A DNA stretch of 64,000 nt, from positions 12,586,001 to 12,650,000 of the forward strand of contig NW_027266271.1 of assembly GCF_022045235.1 (NCBI RefSeq), written 5' to 3'. Of the stretch, positions 12,501 to 23,548 are shown one piece after another. A model generated the notes under the pieces. It was not told the origin of the DNA. It saw only the letters and a list, made by a program, of their open reading frames with translations, and did no database searches. The number at the start of each line of letters is the position of its first letter. Position 1 is the stretch's first letter. Origin of the DNA: Haliotis cracherodii (lineage: Eukaryota). A program made the position numbers and the translations under genes.

Positions 12501-15249
12501 GAAGAACTCACAGACCCAGCAGAATGTGCCCAAGCTCTTCAAACATCCACCTTTTTATTTCCTCATATGGATTAGAGTCGCCGCTTCGGTTGGTAAGTTT
12601 TTCCCCAGTAAACTACGGTTATTTCGAACTCAAAGGGACCAGTAATTTTAGTTTGTTATAACTGTAGTTCGTTATAAGAATATATACACAATATATACAG
12701 CAAATGTCCTGGACCGAAACATATGTTCGTTATATCCGTCAGTTCGCTACAAGCGTGTTCATTATTAACGTAGTTTACAGTACAACACATTTCAAATGAT
12801 CTTCTCTCCTAACTGTGTCTTGGTTTCTAATCGGTGTTCTTTGTGAATCCTGGTTGACATCCAAGTGTTATACTTAGTAAACCCGATACAATCTGCGTCA
12901 TTTGGCCTGCGTGCCGTCATATAACTGAAATACATTTTGAAGGACCCAGTCATCTCATTGGATTCTGAGGAGGACAATAGCCACCACCGTTTATGCGTTT
13001 TGAAATCTTTGATGAGCGTTTTAGAAGTTGGAAGAACATGGCAATTTTTATAGATAACAACTTATTTATCCTCTGAGCTACTCCTTCCCCTATGACCCAA
13101 AGTAACCATGACACATAGTTGCAAAAAAGTTCAATAAAAAAGTTTCATGTCTTCTTTATTTGTGTTGTTGCCAACATGTCTCTAAAGAAAAGGGGAGGTC
13201 GGGTAGCCTAGTGGTTTAAGCGTTCGCTCGTCACGCCGAAGACCCGGGTTCGATTCCCGACATGGGTACAATGTGTGAAGCCCATTTCTGGTGCCCCCCG
13301 CCGTGATATTGCTGGAATATTGCTAAAAGCGGCGTAATACCACACTCCCTCACTCACTCACTCTAAAGAAACCATCGTATAGCTGGAATACTGCACTGCG
13401 ACGTTAAACAACAAACAGACGCTAACGATTCGAAGATTTTACGAACTATAGTTGAACCTACTAGTCGATATTTACATGAAGCTTTATACTGTTATGCTTT
13501 ATAATTAATAATTACACTTATGGATTTAATTTTATCACAACAGGATTGTCAATTCTCCTACCGTCGGCTCAACTCATCCCTTCTGAAAGAGGCTTCACGA
13601 CAGGCCTGGCTAGCACCATTTTGTATTTCGTCCTCTTCGGCAGTCAGTTGATCGTGCTGATTGTTCTGCTGATCATCCGAAAGTTCCAGAGAGAAAATCT
13701 TAAAAAGTCAGCTCTTTTATCGATGGGAATCCTGATCTTAGTTATCGGCCTTGGCACCATGGTCCACCAGGTGGCGTTTGTTAACATTTGGGTTGTAGGA
13801 GTTTTTGCCTTGGTGCTGGGAACCGTGACTGGTACGTGTTATCTGGTTGTACATCATATACACTATACACCGTATTTGTATGTTTCATCTCCCAACTGTA
13901 TGAATTTATATTGATGCAGCTTGTAGGACATCGTTTCAACCCCCCAAAGTGACAAGCGAGTATTATCTGCATCTCTTCGGCGCCTCACTTTTCACTTTTT
14001 CCCCACATGAAGCTGCAATACTGCGGTTTAATTGGTGTTAAACCCAACTCGCTCACTCACTTATTCAAGGTTTGCCCACGCTCGCGGGTTTCACCTAACT
14101 GATACACATGTGAGACCTGTATTACTTCGGGCTTTCCTCCCACATCATGCTGACATGCCCTGATATAACTACGGTATATAAATATTGTTTACAAAGACGT
14201 AAGAGGTGGCGGGGTAGCCTAGTGGTTAAAGCTTTCGCTCGTCACGCCGAAGGCCCGGGTTCGATTCCCGACATGGGTACAATGTGTGAAGCCCGTTTTG
14301 TTGCCCCCCGCCGTGATATTGCTGGAATATAGCTAAAGGCAGCGTAAAACCACACTCACTCACTCACTACACAGATGCAAACCCTCCATCACTTCCTCAC
14401 ACTTTAGTGATGTGTTTTGTCTGATGGAACCACAGTCATGGAGGTAACTGAAGACTTGTGATTTGTTTTCATATTACAGCGTTCGCTCAAGTAATGATGC
14501 CACTGGCGTTGGTCCACGCCACGGGAAGAAGCAACTTGAAACTCTCCCTACCAATGCTGGGATGCTTTGAGGAGGTGGGGGGACTTGTAGGCGGCTCTAG
14601 CATGGGTATGTTGCACTGCTTGGTACTGATACACGATCTCGTTATCCTTTATTTAAGGAAATATAATACAGAAGATGTTGGTGTTCTTGTAACAAACATG
14701 ACCGATTAAATGCCGAATCCCTTCAGTCTATGCTTGTCGTTAGGGGCTACAATAAGAATTGAGTGGTCGCACTCGGTGACTTGGCTGATTGCGTTTCATC
14801 GTACTCCATTGGACGTTGCTCATAACATCAATTACTAGTTTATCGGCAGAGTTAAACAATAAATAAACAAACAATCAAAACAACTAGTTTTCTATTTTTG
14901 ACTTTGTAGTCAATTCACCATGATCACACGAGCTTATAACATTATAATACTCTATATATTCGAGTCTTTCTCATGTTCATAATGCGTCCTGTTTGTGTTT
15001 GTCATTTTAGCAAAAATCATAAAAGAGACATCCTCTGTAAATGGAGCCTTGTATTTTGCTGGAGTGTCCCTGATCATTGCCGGAGTTGGTGCCATCATTG
15101 CATGGGTGCTGATAAAACGCTGGCCCCCTCTCAGTGATGAGGCTGTCTCCCGGGCTTTTGTGATGGGCGTCGAGAACGCTGGCGAGGAGGAAGGGGCAGA
15201 GGACACCGGGGAGGACACTGGCAATGGCGAGACTACTGGGACCCAGTAG
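9531..15249 (+). CDS. Gene A: divergent MFS transporter, SLC16/monocarboxylate-transporter-like, 489 aa, 7 exons, short Tyr-free N-terminus
   Basis: Exons 9531-9656, 10292-10505, 11654-11797, 12260-12592, 13544-13831, 14480-14605, 15011-15249; all GT-AG, frame open (1470 nt). About 12 hydrophobic segments; SLC16-like motifs PLMIRYGFRKVALGG, PYGFMGGIALGL, DYLNTRPALA, LFKHPPFY, ALYFAG. Exon 1 is the least certain. Confidence 0.82.
11359..11645 (+). mobile_element. tRNA-derived SINE (family 3) inserted at the exon-3 acceptor of gene A
   Basis: Box B GGTTCGAATCC, (CACT)n tail, TSD TATTTCAGCTGCT at 11346-11358 and 11646-11658. Confidence 0.85.
12606..12782. mobile_element. Tc1/mariner(pogo)-type MITE
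   Basis: TIR CAGTAAACTACG / CGTAGTTTACAG with internal GTTCGTTATA subrepeats. Confidence 0.6.
13191..13360 (+). mobile_element. tRNA(Asp-like)-derived SINE (family 2); other copies ~6537-6703, 14206-14367, 58151-58301, 57480-57630 (-)
   Basis: Box A TAGCCTAGTGG, GTCACGC anticodon-like loop, box B GGTTCGATTCC, (CACT)n tail, TSD CTCTAAAGAAA at 13180-13190 and 13361-13371. Confidence 0.85.
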
Positions 15250-15835
15250 CTGCTGTTTCACACGTCGATTGGGAAACATGGACAGCTTGAAACTCTATCT
15301 CGGATATCTGCCACACTGGATACATTGTTGATGTTGATGTTAGTATTGAAAATGCCAGAATGTCTGTTATGAAGACAAGCGAGTTGAATATTGGATAATT
15401 GTTATCATTGCGTCAACGATGTTGGTCTGTTCACGGCTATGATGATGAAAGATAGTGTATCTTGAATTTGTATTTTCTGTTTACAAAACCTAAAAATGAT
15501 ATACAGTCATGCACCTGTTTGAAAATTAAAAAAATCCTTTGAAAATCAACTCGAATGTTTGAATAAAAAGGTTTTTCATTTAAAATAGAATTCACGTTTT
15601 TTTCATGTAACACTTGATGGAAATACAATATACACAAGACGTATCAAATACAAAAAATACAACTGCACGAATGCATGCATCAACACAAGGCTTTGCACGA
15701 AGTAATCGTGCCTTCGATGAACCTTAACATATACGATAAACTAACAAACACCATACCTAAGTCTAAGTCAAATTATCATATGTTTAAAATCAAAACATAT
15801 TTAGGATTAAGTATTTGAATGACATTTAGAAGTGA

Positions 15836-16115
15836 GTGAGTGAGTGAGTTGGGTTTAACGCCGCTTTTAACAGTATTCCAGTTATATCACGGCGTGTCAG
15901 CTTAATGTGGGAGGAAAGCCCGAAGTGATGCAGGTCTCAGACGTTTACCACTTCGGTGAAACCCACGAGCACGGGTATGGTGCTGACAAACCTAGAAACA
16001 TAATCGGGGCGAACCGGGATTTGAACCCACAATCATAGGTTTCTGGCGTGCCCAAGGGACGCAACTCTGAACAGCGAATCGCGGCGCCTTAGACGACTGG
16101 GCCACCCGTGCCCCC
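15836..16115 (-). mobile_element. tRNA-derived SINE family 3, full length; other copies ~7665-7890 and 59760-60036, degenerate ones at 8160-8360, 25070-25280, 43980-44200
   Basis: Head GGGGCACGGGTGGCCCAGTCGTCTAAGGCGCCG (tRNA-Leu-like), box B, TSD CATTTAGAAGTGA at 15823-15835 and 16116-16128. Confidence 0.85.
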
Positions 16116-16364
16116 CATTTAGAAGTGATATATATATAAGAATGTGCATACATACACATAACATTATTATGAGGAATACAACGTTTCGGAGTAAATACCT
16201 ACTCCTTCATTGGGTGAATAAAATGCTGTGAAGCAGAGAACATATATATGTACCTGTGAGAACAACAAAAATGATAAAGTAACAAAAGTGCAAACTTCAC
16301 AAGGGAAGCCAACAGATAATTGGCGCTAATAGGTGATTAGTAATGGAGAAATTGAAGCCGGGTT

Positions 16365-16990
16365 CTAATCCGAGGATCTGGAGGGCAAGGGGAGAACATC
16401 AACGTTGTTGTGTAGACAGGTTCTTGTGACCGGTCTTGTATGCGGTCGAGCGTTGTCCTGTTGGAATACACCGTTGCCGCTGGCTACATTTGGGAGGACG
16501 TGCGGTAGAATAATTTCGTTGATGTATCGTTGAGTCGCAAGATTGCCCTGGATATGGACCAAACCTGTCCTGCCATGATGAGAGATATCCACCCACATCA
16601 TAACGCTACCCCCACCAAACATGTCCACTTCCTGAACGCAGTTTCCGCGTAACTTTCTCCCCGACGTCAGTTGACCCGTGCTCTTCCACCCCCTCGACTG
16701 AGGAGAAATCTTCATTCGTCGCTGAACCAGACATATCTCAATCGCAGTTGAGGCCATATCCTGTGTTGACGACACCAATGCAGTTGTTGTTGACGATGTT
16801 GTCGACTCAATATGACGCGTCGAACAGGAAGTCTTGCTCGTAGACCTGCTGCTCTTACGGTTTCGTACGGTATGGTCGGAGATTCTGCTCAATCCAGTTA
16901 TTTGGGATGCGGTTAAGGTGTGGTTGTCCTTTCACGTAGGTGGCACAGTCGGATCACTAGCCTAGCAGGATCAGTTTCATTTTCTGTGTT
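16365..16990 (-). mobile_element. Tc1-family transposase fragment (second family)
   Basis: FGGGSVMMW, VHIQGNL, FQQDNARPHT and LPLPSRSSD motifs with frameshifts. Confidence 0.8.
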
Positions 16991-17255
16991 TGTAGCCCTT
17001 GGAACCTTTTCCCCAAATTAGAACAGTAAGATTTGCCCGAAATATGTCCGAATTGTTACCTTGTTTCGTTTTGTCGCTGTGTGACCACACTTCGTAACGT
17101 TATGACAGGACAGGTCGACTCCAAGCGAACAGGGAAGTAGATACAATTTGTGTGGGCAAGTGTTGTTTTGCCTATATTTAGCGACGCCACTGCATAAGAA
17201 ACAGGTTTCAGTTTGACCCATATTGACTGTTGTCACAGTCTGACCGACACATTAC

Positions 17256-17404
17256 NNNNNNNNNNNNNNNNNNNNNNNNNNNNNNNNNNNNNNNNNNNNN
17301 NNNNNNNNNNNNNNNNNNNNNNNNNNNNNNNNNNNNNNNNNNNNNNNNNNNNNNNNNNNNNNNNNNNNNNNNNNNNNNNNNNNNNNNNNNNNNNNNNNNN
17401 NNNN
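17256..17404. other. Assembly gap (N run)
   Basis: Run of n. Confidence 1.
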
Positions 17405-17550
17405 TTCAAGGATAACTTGCAATGTTATGGAACAAACACTATGTATTTAGCCAAGGCTCGCTAAATACAATGTTTATTCCTAAAAGAGGATATTTACCAT
17501 CCTCAAGCACATTCGTGTGATAACCTCTATATATCCACTTTTACAAACAA

Positions 17551-17835
17551 TATATACTGAACCGCAAAAGAAACGTCACCATGTATAGATATATAGATAT
17601 ATGAGAAACCTTTTTTGTCCAAACACTGTAAACATACTTTGAGACATATTAAAAAGATGAAACTTGGTAAAGCTGATCATCAAGGTTGAAATTAAAGTGT
17701 CAGATGTTCTTAAAGTGAAACACAACACTAGTCTCTGAGACAATGGCATCACAAGTCAGTATCTCGAGTGTCCGCCATGTGCATTGATGACTGCCGTGCA
17801 GCGTCGATACATGGAATGGATGAGGCGGTTGATGA
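17551..17835 (-). mobile_element. Tc1 3' end fragment
   Basis: Minus strand encodes INRLIHSMYRRCTAVINAHGGHSRY*; TIR-like TATACTGAACCGCAAAAGAAACG at the left end. Confidence 0.7.
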
Positions 17836-18279
17836 AAATTAAAACCACCATCTGATAATACTAATAGTCATCATTCACATGAATTGTCCGATCCTCGGGG
17901 TTGAGATTCTTTAACATTCAATTTTGCCAAGTATACAAGAAGACAAAGTAATTATTCAATTTCCTTTCCCTGAAAAATCTTTTCAAATTTGCAGGTGGGC
18001 GAACCGTTGACTCTCTTAAATAGGGTTACATTGACTTAAATATTTCCTTAAAATGAAAAAAACGAAACTGGAATGAATACACATGAAATACGTCCGGGTA
18101 CATTTTCGACAGCGAAAAGTAATTATTCATATGAATATTCAACTAAAAACGCCACAATGAAACGTCCTCGAAACACACCATGGTGTAATGATGTCATTTT
18201 GTCGTTCATTACCTGCAAGTGAGGTGATCAACATACGGTCTGGCTACAAAGAACATATATTACTCTGACGTTACCAACA

Positions 18280-18603
18280 ATGTCGTCTGAATTCAGACCA
18301 ACTTCTCATCATGAATCCTGTGAAATCATCTGTACTCCCGATGGACAAGATATCCTGAATGAAAACAATCATACTGAGCACGAATCCATTGACGAAACTA
18401 AATTTACTACCGATAGTAATGCTCGCACTGACCACGACAATCCTGCGTCTGTTGAATATCACTACATTGACGACGTCAACCCAGCCTCTGCCTGTCAACA
18501 GGTGACAGAAGAACGCCAGTCGAAAGCTGATGATGACTATGAATGCATTGCTGACACCAACACTGCGTATGATTACCTTGAAGCAATAAACGAGCCACGC
18601 ACG
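18280..18603 (+). CDS. Orphan first exon S1 (108 aa, acidic Tyr-motif tail with ITIM-like and ITAM-like motifs); alternative first exon or truncated paralog
   Basis: Homologous to exon 1 of genes B/C/D; intact ATG context (ccaacaATG) and phase-0 donor ACG|GTAAGA; followed only by a truncated exon-2 start at 20009. Confidence 0.6.
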
Positions 18604-18979
18604 GTAAGAGTTGAAATTGTATGTTTTTATGGCACAGGTTACAAAGTTCATTTAAGCTTTTACTGTGTATTTGTTTCGGTTCATGTGGGAGATCAACGTC
18701 ATGCACTTTTAGATTTGTGGGTTTCATTGAGTATTCGATGGCAGGAAATTAAATTTGGAACACTTGAATTGCCTTTGCACGTGTTTGTGACGGGTGCCGG
18801 TGGTGGGGTAGGATAAGCGGATCTTTTCGCGAACGCCTGGTATCATCACTATTTAACAGTGATTTATAAACACATGCCGGCGGTATCGTCAGAATCGTTC
18901 CATGACCGCTCCTTTTAGCAGATATTTCCTCTGGTTAGGGAAAGGGTTTTATTTTGTAATCGGTACTCACTTTAATACA

Positions 18980-19442
18980 TGCGATAACATTTCATGAAAT
19001 AGGTTCTGACATAACATTTCTGCAATGTGTTGAAAACATTGTAATAACAGTGAAATAGTTTCGCCTATCTTATGCAAGATGTTCACGAAAAAAACATTTT
19101 AAAAACATTTCAACACAATTTTGAACAATTATAAAACATTTACATTTATTCGGATGATTTTACATATGTGTACACAATGTATTTAAAACATGATGATAAC
19201 ATTTCATGAAATATGTTCTGGCAAAACATTTCTGCAATGTGGTGAAAACATTGTAATAACATGTTCTGAAATAGTCTCGCTTATGATATAGAATGATGTT
19301 CTTGAATAACATTTTGAAAACATTTCAATAACACTTTGAATAGATGTAAACTATTTCTAAAACGTTAAACAAATGTTTTGACGAAAATGTTTTTGAAAAA
19401 CTACAATGAACCCTTTTTGAAAATGTTATGTGTCAGCTGGGA
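18980..19442. repeat. MITE-like element with internal ~210-bp direct repeat (GATAACATTTCATGAAAT...AACATTTCTGCAATG..GAAAACATTGTAATAACA)
   Basis: Two related blocks at ~18983 and ~19195; ends GTGTCAGCTGGG; absent at the paralogous position near 35.9 kb. Confidence 0.55.
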
Positions 19443-20008
19443 GTGTTAAAAAATGCGTAAAACAAATATTGCCTCCAAGTTTATTTACGCTGTCTTTACA
19501 GGCGGTAGCCCAGTCTCTTGTCACGCTCTTTTGCGTTAGCGAGCAAATCGACTCACGGCAGCTAGTGAGCCCAAGCGGCCAGTGTCAGACAGCCGAGAAG
19601 AAGCCAGAGATTAGTGCCCCTTAAAATGTTAATGGGTTCTCATTGGGTCATTAATCGGGTCATATGTAAGAGATATTTCATTCATAAGCTCACATTTGTT
19701 AACCAATCTAAACATGATACAGTCTTGCTTGACAACGGTATAAGGATCTATACCGAAACTTCGCCTTTACAATATTAAAGAAGTTGTTATCCATAAATTG
19801 TGTCTACTTTGTCATCCGTCAACTTCTAGGTAATGCCCATCAAACAATTCAATCTAAACGTAACCCATAACACGAATATAAGAAGAAATCCAGTTTGCTT
19901 AAGGAACGGAACCAAAACAGAGAAACTGAAGGAAAAAAGTGTATCGCAATATCATCACTGACATTGTTCAAAATATTTTATAGTTTTGCTATTTGTTCGT
20001 TATTTCAG

Positions 20009-20119
20009 TCTACATTGAGGAAAAGAGCAGAAGAAATCAAATATCTTATAATTGAACTGAAACATGTGAGAACAATTTGCACTGGGCCTTCAGGCTGCCC
20101 AGGGTGTATTGAGGAATAA
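20009..20119 (+). pseudogene. Truncated exon-2 remnant after S1 (STLRKRAEE... then unrelated sequence and stop)
   Basis: Acceptor TTATTTCAG| and the first ~9 codons align with exon 2 of A (LTLRNRAVD) and D (PASRNSAVD); the preceding intron is homologous to intron 1 of D. Confidence 0.6.
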
Positions 20120-20739
20120 AACAGACGTTAATCTAACGTTGGGTCAACGTTGGCCATCAACGTTGGGCTAACATTGGCTACGTTGTTGCTATGCTGACGT
20201 CGGTTTTTCAAATTACGCTATACATGTTTCGGCTTTGAATTCTAACATGTCTAAAGGCAGGCACTTTGATTTATATACATGTACAAAGACATAAAACGCA
20301 TGTGCGAGGCAACTCGAAAGTTGAGCTTTGGTTCGTATGGACATTCGATCCGAATTATATCAATATGCATTTGGTCTATTCAGTTATTGACCCATCACAA
20401 CAAATAGTTGCCTGTCATTGCAAACATGATCTTCCTGTAACACGGAAGGCCATGCATCTTGTGAATGGAAACGAAGGGAAAAAGGTTGCTTAGCTGTACG
20501 GTTTTGACATGTTTGAATTATCTCTTTGATCTAGGGGAGATGTCATTTGTCCTGTTTAAAGAGCTGTCAGTCTCAAGTTCATTTTTAAATACAGAGGTTC
20601 AAGGTAGCATACGGGTACATATTCCCCAAAATGAGGAAACTACTGAACAATGGAACGATCACATAAGAACGCAACGTAAAACTTCCGGCTTATCTCCAAA
20701 CACACCACTGTGTACAGACTATATTTTGTGAGGTCAGCT

Positions 20740-21666
20740 TTAAAAAGTATTTATCATTTAACTAAAGCATTTATCCATGACATAAGCTTATGACATAAAA
20801 ACGTGTATGTCATACCCCAATGACATAAGTATGCAAATTAGATGACAGGAAGTAGGACGTTTTTCGCCGTCGCACGTGAGTAGGTGTTTACAAACAATAT
20901 GGCTACCTTTGATGTTGGAGACAATGTTTCAATAGTTCAAAGGGGAAGTGCTACAGTGATATCCGTGTTCACAAATGGATGTTACAGATAACAGGTTGAT
21001 GAAACCGAATTTGAATTTGTCTGTGATGAAGGCAGATTATCAAAAATTCCCTGTGACCAACGTTTCGTCATGGAAACACCATCGTCGAGCACGACAAAGC
21101 AGACGACGAACACGAAGTCTAAAGATGTCCAAGGTAGATTTGTGGCTGTTGAGGATGGCATGATCGATGGTGTGATTCTAGTCAATCAAAACAAAAACAC
21201 AGCCAAGAAAACGTTGTACGATTTGAAACTGTTTGATAACTTTCTAAAATTCCAAAATGAAATTCGCCAAATGCATGAAATACCTCCAAACGAACTAGAC
21301 ACACTTCCCAGCAAGTTTTTCATTAGTGTTAAAAAAATAAAGGGGAAATTATGAGCAGTCTCACAGGTTTTCAGAGCAGCATCGAGAGGTCGCTAAAACG
21401 AAGGGGGTATGGCTATTCACTCACGCCATCTTTAGAATTTTCACGATCACGGTAAGTATTAAAGGGGAGGAAAATTTAACTAAAGAAAGAAGGGCGTGGT
21501 AACTTACCAAGGAGAGCTGACCCGATTGGTGATGAAGAGATCAAGTCCCTGTGGCAGTCCTGATCCATTGGAATCAGTAATCATAAACTGATTAAATAAA
21601 CTGTCTATGGCTCCACAACAAAATCCATTTCGTGTTAAGAGGTGCCAGTGAGCAGTACAACATGTG

Positions 21667-21697
<31 letters not shown>

Positions 21698-23525
21698 AAT
21701 GGAAAGAATGGGTCTGGTGAGAATCCTCGTGATTGTCGTGACGTAAGGCCCCGAATGTGGTCTAATGTTGCTGATCTCGGTGCCCTGTGCAGGTGTATAA
21801 GTATGCCTCCACGCGTCCACTCAACTTCTGTCGAGAAGAAGATCCCTTTTACACCGGCACTCACACTTTAGGCAAGCCTAAACCAGGCGATCAGTGGTTT
21901 ATCCTCTGTCATATTGGGAAAAACAAACTTTCCTCTCATGAAAAACATGTGCGATGCCGCCAGTCTCCAAACATCGAAACGACTCAATAATCACTCTGCG
22001 CGCAAACACCTTGTGCAAGAGTTGAATGACAATAAAGTCCGGCCAAATCAAATAATGCAGATAACTAGTCACAAAAATATCCATTCTGTGAACAATTACT
22101 GCCATATTAATTCTGACCACCACAAGCAAATATCAAACATTATTTCGCGAAAATATAGAGTACTAAACGAGCTCCCGTGTAATACCAATTTTATGAAACG
22201 AGTGAATAGTTCTGATATCTGATGAGAGATTGCTTCATATCTCTCAGGACTCTATCAATCTTTCATCATAAATGGAGTAAGATCAAATAAGTATGAACTA
22301 AAGTTTAAAGTGCCTCAAGGCTCTGTCCTTGGCTCAATACTTTTTGCCCAAAACTCTTGTGCCCAAAATCTAGGCGTGATCATTAACATAGACTTCCGAC
22401 TCTCGTTGCGCTACAGTGCGATCGCCTTGTGGAACGGGGCCCTGCACCACAAAGTTTACAATCACGTTACAATACCCGTTGGCGCAATTTGTGGAAATTT
22501 GTTGCAAGATCCATTGGCGAAACAATGCTATGTGACGTCAGCCTAGCAACGGGGTTGCTTGGGTTATTGCGTGTGCATAAGCTCCTCTCAGTAATCTATC
22601 ATCTCCACACGCAATGTCGTTGAATAAGACAGGGAAGTTGAGAGCTTTCAATATTTGTTCAGGAAACTTGTTCCGACAGTACATAAGCACGCGTTTTGGT
22701 ATTACACATGTGTAATACAGCTGTATGTTTATCAAACGGGTGATCTCTCCACGAGCAAGTGATAACACTCCATCCGACACTGTAACATCCCAGCTTGTTG
22801 ATGAAACTCCCGTCATGTACAGCGGCCCCTCGCGTAATGTTCAAATCGCCAGTAGACAACACAGTCAGCGGTCTCAAATTATAAATGTTTCTGGTGGTGT
22901 CAACACTAAGTTTGATGGCAACATTACTGGTGGAAACTTAACGATCAATCTCGTTAACGATCCAAGCCCGGTTCCGGTCAAACGACGCCGGATTGTCATT
23001 GAAAGTGATAGTGACACCGACTAATGCATCTACTCTGACCGCGAGACATTCTTCAAGTGAGTGAGCGGTTTGTTTCGAAAGCTGTATATAAGCGAAATTA
23101 CACCAGAGATATAATCACATTACACAGAATCGTTGTTGTAACTGTTATTAAAGTTTCAATTATTCTGCAAAACTCTGTCCAAACATTTTGTTTGAAATAA
23201 TCCGAGGAACATTTTTTTCGCAGCGAAAGAATATGACATGAAGGAGTTAAGAGGTTGTTTATTTTGGTTCACAGTAACTTCACAATGGAAAACATGTATC
23301 ACTACGCACGTTCTAAACGTAAGATATCGACAAGTTGCTGATGTAAATACTTTTATTACTTTAAAACGGAAACAATAATGTAAAAATGACAAATAGAATT
23401 CATCACTCGTGTGTTTTAATATGGGAAATATCAACCTCGTCCCGTTGATAAGTATTTGCCTCGCCAAAGGCTCGGCAATCGGTTGATATTTCGCCTTAAA
23501 AAAACACTCGTGATGAATCCTCTAT
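20740..23525 (+). mobile_element. Decayed Crypton-type tyrosine-recombinase (DUF3504 family) element, copy 1
   Basis: Frameshifted ORF pieces: NKNTAKKT..DLKLF, HEIPPNELD...KFFISV, HFVLRGASEQ (catalytic R), NNHSARK (HxxR), ITSHKN..SVNNY (H, Y), C-terminal KRRRIVIESDSD; terminal palindrome 23394-23525. Left boundary approximate. Confidence 0.8.
22145..22395 (+). mobile_element. LINE (CR1/L2-like) reverse-transcriptase fragment nested in Crypton copy 1
   Basis: SYLSG..QSFIING..S....LKFKVPQGSVLGSILF resembles the GVPQGSVLGPLLF RT motif; absent from Crypton copy 2. Confidence 0.65.
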
Positions 23526-23548
23526 ATACTACTCTGACATTACCAACA

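Noticed and set aside
20899-23024. Functional domesticated DUF3504 gene (KCTD1/ZMYM/QRICH1-like)
   Set aside because: Both copies carry multiple stops and frameshifts; treated as a dead transposon.
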